From Nitrososphaerota archaeon (GTDB lineage: Archaea > Thermoproteota > Nitrososphaeria > Nitrososphaerales > Nitrosopumilaceae), in the NCBI GenBank assembly GCA_028867755.1, contig JAGWFT010000001.1, positions 516,727 to 580,726 on the forward strand: a DNA stretch of 64,000 nt. Direction: 5' to 3'. Positions 56,455 to 64,000 of this stretch are shown one piece after another. Made by a program: the position numbers and the translations under genes. Every line of letters starts with the position of its first letter. Position 1 is the first letter of the stretch. A model generated the notes under the pieces. The model had not been told where the DNA came from. It was given only the letters and a program-made list of their open reading frames with translations, and did not search any database.

Positions 56455-57468
56455 ATGTCCCAACCTCAAAAAATGTTCCAATTGACATTAGGACTGAAAA
56501 TTTGCCGTATCATAAACGGCATGTGGCAAGTAGCAGGAGGTCATGGTCAAATCAATCCAGAATCTGCTATCTCTGATATGTTATCGTATCATGATTCTGG
56601 TTTTACAACATGGGACTTGGCAGATATTTATGGACCGGCAGAAGAATACATTGGAGAATTCAGAAGAAGACTTGTAAGGAATAAAGGTGAAACAGAACTT
56701 GACAATTCCAAGGCATTCACAAAATTTGTTCCAAATCCGGGACCTATGACCAGAACTATAGTGGAACATTACATAGATAAATCAATTCGTAGAATGAATG
56801 TAAAAACAATAGATGTTGTACAATTTCATTGGTGGGATTATAACGATACGCGTTATCTTGATGCTTTACATCATCTTTCAAAGATTTGTGATGAGGGAAA
56901 AATAAAACACATAGCATTGACAAATTTTGATACAGAAAGGGTAAAGACCATGGTAGAAAATGGATTTAAACTGGTATCAAATCAGGTGCAATATTCTATA
57001 ATAGATCAGAGACCTGAAGTTAAGATGTCTACATTATGTCAAAAACATGGAATTAAGTTATTGACATATGGAACTCTACTTGGTGGATTTTTGTCTGAAA
57101 AATATCTAGGAAAACTAGAACCAACAAGATCTCAACTTGATACATCGAGTTTACAAAAATATATGCACATGATTGATGTATGGGGTGGATGGAATTTATT
57201 TCAAGAGTTACTTGTTGTACTTGATAACATAGCAAAGAAGCATCATGTTAGTATAGCAAATGTTGCAACAAGATATATCTTGAATAAACCTACAGTAGCA
57301 GGTGTAATAATTGGGGTACGACTGGGTATTATAGAACACAAGTCAGATAATGAGAGAGTCTTTGGACTACAACTAGACAAAGAAGATGTTGATATTATAA
57401 AATCAGTAACATCGAGATCTCAAGATTTGTACGAAAGAATTGGAGATTGTGGTGATGAATATAGGTAA
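56455..57468 (+). CDS. aldo/keto reductase
   Basis: RIINGMWQ, TTWDLADIYGPAE, TKF, QFHWW, SNQVQYS; ATG 56455 preferred. Confidence 0.9.
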   Translation: MSQPQKMFQLTLGLKICRIINGMWQVAGGHGQINPESAISDMLSYHDSGFTTWDLADIYGPAEEYIGEFRRRLVRNKGETELDNSKAFTKFVPNPGPMTRTIVEHYIDKSIRRMNVKTIDVVQFHWWDYNDTRYLDALHHLSKICDEGKIKHIALTNFDTERVKTMVENGFKLVSNQVQYSIIDQRPEVKMSTLCQKHGIKLLTYGTLLGGFLSEKYLGKLEPTRSQLDTSSLQKYMHMIDVWGGWNLFQELLVVLDNIAKKHHVSIANVATRYILNKPTVAGVIIGVRLGIIEHKSDNERVFGLQLDKEDVDIIKSVTSRSQDLYERIGDCGDEYR

Positions 57469-57524
57469 TTATCAAACAATGACAGAAATTATGTGCTTGA
57501 TAGAATCTCAGATTAAGAATTAAA

Positions 57525-58166
57525 TTATTTCCTACGTATCAAATCAAGACGTGAAAACATTGGATTCAGATATTTACTAGCTCCTACTATGATGGCACTT
57601 ACGCCAGTGCCCACAAGTATTCCTCCTACTACATCAAGTGGATAGTGATTACCCACATAAATCCTTGAATAAATTACCAATAAAGCTTCAGTTACAAGTA
57701 TCAATGATGTAATAATTTTTTTTCTTTGATTAAATCTTGCAAGTACAATGAATGCACCAGCAGAAACAATTAGTGCATGACCCGAAGGAAAAGATGGATC
57801 ACTATCTCCTTTTACTAATAGATTATCAGATGTTAATGGTATTGGTCTTGGTCTGTTAATTTCATCTTTTAGAGCTGTTCCAAGAGGTATTAAGATGATA
57901 AATGCTATGACCAGTAGAACAGCAGTTCTACGTCCTTCCTTACCCCCAAATACAAAAAGTAATGCAGTTGTTGCTATCCATACTACTTCTCTGCCATATT
58001 TTGTAAAATCAATCATTATTTGGTTGACGATTTTATCGTGTGGAATATTTATTACTGTAAATGCAGTGTAATCCCACTTTGTAATCTGGAAATCATTATA
58101 TGTTATTAACAAAGCAAGAATTGCAAATCCTGCAAATAATAACATGCCAGCAATGTAATACTTCAT
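57525..58166 (-). CDS. PAP2 family membrane phosphatase
   Basis: K...RPRP, SFPSGH, SRIYVGNHYPLDV. Confidence 0.92.
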   Translation of the reverse strand: MKYYIAGMLLFAGFAILALLITYNDFQITKWDYTAFTVINIPHDKIVNQIMIDFTKYGREVVWIATTALLFVFGGKEGRRTAVLLVIAFIILIPLGTALKDEINRPRPIPLTSDNLLVKGDSDPSFPSGHALIVSAGAFIVLARFNQRKKIITSLILVTEALLVIYSRIYVGNHYPLDVVGGILVGTGVSAIIVGASKYLNPMFSRLDLIRRK

Positions 58167-58261
58167 TTAGATACAATCTGAAACGACATTATAAAATCTA
58201 ATGAAACATCTAAAACTATTTTGAACATGTATGAATTTGATTATTATTTTTATCATGGAAT

Positions 58262-58588
58262 CTACTTTGTACTGGCCTCACGAACAGCCGTTGCGTAGTC
58301 GCAATCTGCTCTGAGTCTCATATATGGAATGAGTCTATAGTGAATAGAATACAGGTCTTTTTCCTTGTATAGTATTCCTTTTAACAAAAGCGAAACAAAT
58401 CCACCAGCTATGCGAGATGATGGAATACTTAGCTCTTTGCAAACTAAATCTCGCTTTTTCTTATATTGTTCTAAAGTAAAACTCACATTATCTATTTCTA
58501 AAATCAATGGCCACATCACTTTCTCCCACACCAGTCTTCTATTTTGAGTGGCAGAAGCGTACTTTCCTTTCTCATTTAGCATTAACAA
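58262..58588 (-). CDS. hypothetical protein, possibly winged-helix
   Basis: Clean ORF; helix pattern followed by GFVSLLLKGILYKEKDLYSIH wing-like segment. Confidence 0.65.
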   Translation of the reverse strand: MLMLNEKGKYASATQNRRLVWEKVMWPLILEIDNVSFTLEQYKKKRDLVCKELSIPSSRIAGGFVSLLLKGILYKEKDLYSIHYRLIPYMRLRADCDYATAVREASTK

Positions 58589-58620
58589 CGTTCAAAAGTC
58601 TAGTCTCAATTTATTGGTTG

Positions 58621-59325
58621 ATGCAATCTAAAATCGAAGAATCTCTAGAATTGCTATCAAAAGACTGGAAGATTGAAACAATAATACATGACTTTATTTT
58701 GGGTAAAAGAAGTGATGCATCAGATTTTCAAATAAAAGTAAATGATGTGATATTTCACATACCGTATCTTTCTTTAGATAACGGTTATGTACTTTGGAAA
58801 TGCTACTGGCCTGAATGTAATAACTGTTGTCGCAGACAAGGAAGGCTACCACTTACCTCAAATGATTTGATAACGATAAGCAAGAATATGAAGTACAACA
58901 AAGTTTCTGATTTTGTAAAAAATGAAACTAATGTAACCACATGGGAAGAAAAGAGTCCTACTGGTAATTCCATAGTGATGACCATGATTAATCTTAAGCG
59001 AAAAAGTGATGAAACAGAAGCAGAAGATGGTACATATATCAAATGTAGGTTTTTAGATCAAAAAGGATACTGTGGTTTACATCCTTCAAGACCAGGTGTG
59101 TGTTATCTTTATCCATTTTCATCATGGCTTGAAAATGAAAAAGGCAGAGCAAGAGTGCATGCAACATTTCAATTTACCGGTGATTGTCCTGGGTTTTACT
59201 TTGGAAAATCTACTGATGAAATGAGAAATATTCTTACAGAATATTCTAAAATTATTTATGATTACACCATGAGCTCAAACAGAACAACTCGTGAAAATCT
59301 CGGCTATGTAAGTATGGGCTTTTAG
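58621..59325 (+). CDS. YkgJ-family Cys-cluster (Zn/Fe) protein
   Basis: CYWPECNNCC, CRFLD..G.C.LH..RPGVC.LYPF, CPGF; ATG 58621 preferred. Confidence 0.85.
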   Translation: MQSKIEESLELLSKDWKIETIIHDFILGKRSDASDFQIKVNDVIFHIPYLSLDNGYVLWKCYWPECNNCCRRQGRLPLTSNDLITISKNMKYNKVSDFVKNETNVTTWEEKSPTGNSIVMTMINLKRKSDETEAEDGTYIKCRFLDQKGYCGLHPSRPGVCYLYPFSSWLENEKGRARVHATFQFTGDCPGFYFGKSTDEMRNILTEYSKIIYDYTMSSNRTTRENLGYVSMGF

Positions 59326-60329
59326 GCTCGTGCTACCTTCATCATATCGGCCATTCGTATCTCCATTCCAAATCTCCATTCGTTTTTCTTCATATATCTG
59401 TAAATTGATATGAGATCTGCGAAATTCTTTAGCATTCCAAACCTACTGTCCATCTTGCTTCTAACAAAAGATAACACTCTGGAATATATCGCAAATTTTT
59501 CTAATACCTTCTGACGATATCTTTCATTATTTCCAATATTCTCAACAAATATGTCTGCACATGTCATACTCGGAATAATTCCTTCTCCAAGTAGAGGATA
59601 TACAGTACCTATAGACTCTCCAACTCCAACTACTTTGCCATGATAAAATGGTTCACACATGTCAGGTGTAGCTAACCGAATAGGCCTTCCCACAGTCTTT
59701 ATGACTTTGCCTCCGTATTTCTTTAAGAATGCATTAGTTTCCTCAACATGATTTCTATTTTTATCACCAGCACCTATATGTGCTATATTTTTCCCTAATG
59801 GAAAATACCAGAAATAGCCGCTCATGGATGAGAAAGGCTTGAGATAAAAATCATCAAAAGGAACACCATTCTCATACTGAACCTTATATTGAAAAGTTGG
59901 CAAATGAAAATCATTCGCAAGTCTTGGAAGATAAGATCTGTGAAAACCTGTGGAGTCTATGATTATGTCAAACTCTGATTCCAAATCTGCAATCTTTGGA
60001 GCACTTCCATAATGAATCTTGCAGTCTTTTGACATGTCCTTTATCAAACCAATTTTGTTGTATGTACACAGCCCCATCAATTTGATAGTAAATCGCTCAG
60101 AGTTCATGTTTATGTACATTTTTTTTCCGTCATGTATCAGATAGTCATTAAAATCAAGACTGCATTTTTTTGCAAACTCTTCCATTGGGCGTTTTGTGGT
60201 GCCCCATGCACATATAGAATCATGATTTTCCTCTGTAGATCTTTCAAAACCGACCACTTCGTGTTGATTTTTCAATCTTCCAAGAAGATAGGCACCGGCA
60301 ACTCCTACACCGACAACAGCTATTTTCAA
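59322..60329 (-). CDS. FAD-dependent oxidoreductase, geranylgeranyl reductase-like
   Basis: GVGVAG FAD motif, CAWG, GYFWYFP, GESIGTVYPLLGEGI. Confidence 0.8.
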   Translation of the reverse strand: MKIAVVGVGVAGAYLLGRLKNQHEVVGFERSTEENHDSICAWGTTKRPMEEFAKKCSLDFNDYLIHDGKKMYINMNSERFTIKLMGLCTYNKIGLIKDMSKDCKIHYGSAPKIADLESEFDIIIDSTGFHRSYLPRLANDFHLPTFQYKVQYENGVPFDDFYLKPFSSMSGYFWYFPLGKNIAHIGAGDKNRNHVEETNAFLKKYGGKVIKTVGRPIRLATPDMCEPFYHGKVVGVGESIGTVYPLLGEGIIPSMTCADIFVENIGNNERYRQKVLEKFAIYSRVLSFVRSKMDSRFGMLKNFADLISIYRYMKKNEWRFGMEIRMADMMKVARA

Positions 60330-60376
60330 ACTAGCTTATACCTAGAATCACCTAATAAAAAGATTGTACGCATTCA

Positions 60377-63247
60377 TCATTCTATTAGTATGGCAGGCTT
60401 GTATGGTCTTGCAGTCCTAGACTTGTTTTTTGGATCATACTTGTTTTGATCAGACTCAGAAAAGATCTGAACCTTTATTTCATATTCATTTTTTATCAAT
60501 GATTCTAATTCAGACAACATCTTTATTTCGTCAACAAGACTCACTTTATTTTTAGAGTCTCTATCATCTTGAGGATCTGATAAAATATCATTAACTGTCT
60601 TCTTGACAAAATCCGGGTCTTTTTTAATCTCTTCAGTCTCTTTATCAGATATAAGCAATTTTATCAAGCTACCAATGTTGACACCGCCACTTGTGATTTT
60701 CTCTAGAATTTTCTTATAGGCTTTTACTTTCCATGGCGCAGATGTGTATATGGTTATTTTCTTTGGGTTCATTTTTGTTACTTTGATTATATTTTTGATA
60801 TCCTCTAATGTTGATCTCAGAAGAGTTTCGGATTGTATTGCAAGTAAATCAATTTTTGTTTCATTTGGAGTTGGCCAAGAAGATTTTGACACTAACCCTG
60901 AATTTCCAAGTCTTGACCACATCTCTTCGGAAATATATGGTGCAAAGGGAGACATCATTGCAACTCTTGCAGAAAATACTCCATGCAGAATTCCTAAATG
61001 ATCCGTTCTATTTTTTGCCTCAACCCGTTTAAGATACCATTGCAAATCAGAGTCAAACTCATATAAAATATAATGAAGAGCTTCTCTTAATCTCATTTTT
61101 TGAATAGAATAAGTTGCTTTAGAAATCAATTGTTGTAAACGACTCTGAATCCATCTGTCTTCTTGTGTAAGGGTTGTCTCATTTGCAGTCTTGTATTTGG
61201 TGCATTCATCAAGCATATATTCGAGCTTACTTTTGATGCCGCGTACTGCTTCTTGGTTGAAATCTGCGTCTTGCAATAGCTCTGCAGAAATTAAAATTGC
61301 AAGCCTAATGGAATCTGCACCATGTGTTTTGATTGCATCTCTCAACGGTATTATATTGCCCATCGATTTTGACATCTTTTTACCATCCATCAAAACTGAA
61401 CCATTAACCACTATTTCTTCAGGCCAATATTTTTTTGGAAATATTGCTAGATGATTAAAAATAAAAAATGTCAAGTGATTTGGTACAAGATCCCTTCCTG
61501 AATGTCTTGCATTAACTGGATAATAATACTGAAATTCTTTTTTAATACTCTCCAATCTCTCAGAAACTATTTTAGAATCTGACGAGACCTGCTCAGATTT
61601 TCCCTTGTCAAGAAATATGTAATCAAAAAATGAATCAGATATGTGTTCTGAATTTATCTGATTAGCATTGACATATTTTGCTATGATGTAGTAAGCCATG
61701 TAGATGACAGAATCTGACAAACTCTCTATTATCCAATTTTTATCCCAAGGTAATTTTGTTCCAAGGCCATGTTGTCTGGCACATGCCCTTTCTTTGAGCC
61801 AGTCTACTACGTGATTGAACTCATTTCTGATCTCTTCGGGAAGTATCTTCATCTCATTTATCCAAGAATGAACTTTTTCTTTCCATTCTGGATTTGAGTA
61901 ATTGAGGAACCATTGATTATCCAAAAGCTTGACTACACATTCAGCTCCACATCTGCATCTTACAGGACTTTCGTTTAGTTCATACAGGATGTCTGCATTA
62001 CCATTTCCAAGAATCCATTTCTTAACCTCTTCCTTTGCATCAGTGACTGTTTTTTGAGCAAACCTGCCAGTATTTTGTTTGAGTTTTCCGCTATAGAATT
62101 CTTTTGCATAAAGTTCCTTAGTAGCTTCTTCCAACTTTGGATTATTTTGATTGTCTATGCCAAGTTTTTGAATTAAATCCCTTGCAGGAATATCGCTATA
62201 TCCTTCTGTCTCAATTATGGAAATGGGTTTGATCTCTGAAAGAAAAGGTAAATTTGTATACTTATCCATGTTCTTTTTCAAATCCTCTAGTGCTTGATAG
62301 TCAAATGGAGCATGAGCAGGCACTGACATTACAAGACCAGTACCATTATCGCTTTCTACAAACGTAGCAGGTAGTATGAAGATATCCTTATTTCTTTCTG
62401 GAATTTTTATTTTTCTGCCTACAAGTTCAGCTCCTGTTATATTTCCAATCTTTGTTATTTTCTTATTTAGGAATCCTAACTTTGTAGCACATTCTGAGCT
62501 GATTACCCACTCCTCATTATCGACTTTTGTAATCTCATAATTGACATCTGGATTTACCCAAAGATTAGTTACGCCAAATATTGTCTCTGGACGTAGAGTA
62601 GCGATTGGTAAAACATACTTGTCATCTCTGAATTTAATAACTGTGTATTCTGTAAAACTCGGTTCTACATCCCCTAGAGTATCATGTTGGGACACAGGAT
62701 TCTGATCTTTTGGGCACCATCCTACTGGGTGTGTTCCTTGAATGACAAGACCATTTTCTTTTAATTTTTTAAACTGCCATTCTATGAATTTATTGTAAAA
62801 GGGATCTATAGTAGTGAATTCTCGCCTCCAATCTATTGAATATCCCATCTCTATCATACCAGCTTTAATCTCTTGATGAAAATAATCTGCAATTTTTACA
62901 GGCTCTGAGAATTCTCTTATTTTTTCATCGGGAACTTTATATAATGTTCGAAATGCATCGATGAGATTCTTATCATTTTCTTGTACTCTTCTGGCCATAC
63001 CAAGAATTGGGGTTCCAGTATAATGAAATCCCATTGGAAATAATACGTTATATCCAGACATCCGCATGAATCTTGCATGGACATCAGCTAACGTGTATGT
63101 TCTACCATGTCCTATGTGTTGTGGTGAATTGGGGTAAGGATAGGCTACAGTTACAAAGAATTTCTTTCTTGCATCAGGATCACTCTCAAATTGTTTTTCT
63201 GCATGCCATTTTTGTCTCCATTTCTCTTCTATTGATATCCAATCCAT
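60377..63247 (-). CDS. leuS: leucyl-tRNA synthetase
   Basis: AYPYPNSPQHIGH, GFHYTG, editing domain TLRPET, KMSKS; ATG 63247 preferred (ORF track starts 63265). Confidence 0.97.
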   Translation of the reverse strand: MDWISIEEKWRQKWHAEKQFESDPDARKKFFVTVAYPYPNSPQHIGHGRTYTLADVHARFMRMSGYNVLFPMGFHYTGTPILGMARRVQENDKNLIDAFRTLYKVPDEKIREFSEPVKIADYFHQEIKAGMIEMGYSIDWRREFTTIDPFYNKFIEWQFKKLKENGLVIQGTHPVGWCPKDQNPVSQHDTLGDVEPSFTEYTVIKFRDDKYVLPIATLRPETIFGVTNLWVNPDVNYEITKVDNEEWVISSECATKLGFLNKKITKIGNITGAELVGRKIKIPERNKDIFILPATFVESDNGTGLVMSVPAHAPFDYQALEDLKKNMDKYTNLPFLSEIKPISIIETEGYSDIPARDLIQKLGIDNQNNPKLEEATKELYAKEFYSGKLKQNTGRFAQKTVTDAKEEVKKWILGNGNADILYELNESPVRCRCGAECVVKLLDNQWFLNYSNPEWKEKVHSWINEMKILPEEIRNEFNHVVDWLKERACARQHGLGTKLPWDKNWIIESLSDSVIYMAYYIIAKYVNANQINSEHISDSFFDYIFLDKGKSEQVSSDSKIVSERLESIKKEFQYYYPVNARHSGRDLVPNHLTFFIFNHLAIFPKKYWPEEIVVNGSVLMDGKKMSKSMGNIIPLRDAIKTHGADSIRLAILISAELLQDADFNQEAVRGIKSKLEYMLDECTKYKTANETTLTQEDRWIQSRLQQLISKATYSIQKMRLREALHYILYEFDSDLQWYLKRVEAKNRTDHLGILHGVFSARVAMMSPFAPYISEEMWSRLGNSGLVSKSSWPTPNETKIDLLAIQSETLLRSTLEDIKNIIKVTKMNPKKITIYTSAPWKVKAYKKILEKITSGGVNIGSLIKLLISDKETEEIKKDPDFVKKTVNDILSDPQDDRDSKNKVSLVDEIKMLSELESLIKNEYEIKVQIFSESDQNKYDPKNKSRTARPYKPAILIE

Positions 63248-63254
63248 CGTTTTG

Positions 63255-64000
63255 TCACTTTCCAAGAATGGATTGTTCAGCTACAAGAAGTGCATCTTTT
63301 ATCTTGGATAGATCTTTTCCCCCACCTTGTCCAAATGTATCCTTCCCGCCTCCTGAACCACCTAATACTTTGGCTATGTTTTTGACTAAATCTCCTGCTT
63401 TCATGGTCTTTACAGCGTCAGCACCAGAGAATGCAACTATGCGAATCGAATCATTTTTTATGATCAGTGCACAATAGATGAGAGATTTATCAAGATTAGA
63501 TGCTTGTTCGCCTACCGATATATGGTATTCATCGTCAAGTTCTTCCTCAACCATGATGAATAGCTTGACTTTTCCAAGATTTTTTGCTTGAGCAATTGCT
63601 GTCTTTGCAGCAGATTCTGATGTTCTTTTCATAATCTGCTTTATCTTCTTTTTTGCATCTTCACCATCTTTGACAACATGTTCAAATGATTCTAGAATTT
63701 TTTCCTTGCTTGAGCCAAGGGTTTTTACTATATGTGATATTTTCTTGTCTTGATTTTGTGTATATTTGAGTGCTGCTTCTCCAGAAACAAATTCTAATCG
63801 TACTACACCATCTTGTATTCTTTCCGCTTTTGTAATCTTGATCAAGCCTAATTCGCCTGTTTTATTGACATGGGTTCCACCACATGCTTCAACATCAAGG
63901 CCGTCTATGTTTACAATCCTGACTAATTTTACTGGAACAACCCCACCTTGATATATCCTAAATCCATATTTTTGCTCAGCATCACCGCGCTCAAATTCAT
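63255..64000 (-). CDS. alaS: alanyl-tRNA synthetase, C-terminal part (5' end outside the window)
   Basis: YQGG.VP, DVEACGGTH editing motif, RIQDGVVRLEF, DHHA1 GGSGGG...GQGGG; frame open to the window edge. Confidence 0.93.
   Translation of the reverse strand, partial: EFERGDAEQKYGFRIYQGGVVPVKLVRIVNIDGLDVEACGGTHVNKTGELGLIKITKAERIQDGVVRLEFVSGEAALKYTQNQDKKISHIVKTLGSSKEKILESFEHVVKDGEDAKKKIKQIMKRTSESAAKTAIAQAKNLGKVKLFIMVEEELDDEYHISVGEQASNLDKSLIYCALIIKNDSIRIVAFSGADAVKTMKAGDLVKNIAKVLGGSGGGKDTFGQGGGKDLSKIKDALLVAEQSILGK

Noticed and set aside
56409-58166. Possible tRNA-anchored genomic island (aldo/keto reductase, PAP2)
   Set aside because: These genes lie on the 5' side of tRNA-Gln; there is no att duplication, integrase or obvious compositional shift.
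1-64000. rRNA genes, IS elements, proviruses, pseudogenes
   Set aside because: No rRNA signature, transposase or integrase motif, terminal inverted repeat or frameshifted core gene was seen.

Overview
Core-genome segment of an AT-rich thaumarchaeote (Nitrososphaerota, an ammonia-oxidising archaeon; Nitrosotalea-like is my inference). The assignment rests on four PEFG-CTERM surface proteins, an unsplit Rpo1, a SlaA-like S-layer paralog and a type 1 IDI. About 60 CDS cover translation and tRNA modification (tgtA, kae1, bud32, taw1, gltX, leuS, alaS, ribosomal proteins), the rpoH-rpoB-rpoA-L30e-nusA-S12-S7 operon, the isoprenoid cluster (mvk-ipk-idi-idsA), cobT, glmS and an AAA+/vWA pair. There are three tRNAs: His-GTG, Leu-GAG and a Gln-CTG split by two introns. 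No integrase, transposase, reverse transcriptase or CRISPR array is visible. Most notable: (1) a tandem array of four PEFG-CTERM genes (42.7-46.7 kb) whose cores are strongly diverged and modular but whose sorting-signal ends (109 bp, 4 copies) and two signal-peptide/promoter ends are nucleotide-identical, with sharp boundaries, suggesting a constant-end/variable-core cassette system; (2) an iscS-larE-larC / mdh-larB nickel-pincer cofactor cluster with no larA in the window; (3) a type 1 IDI with Ala at the catalytic Cys position; (4) a Grs-like B12 radical SAM enzyme. All family calls come from motif recognition by eye; no database search was run.
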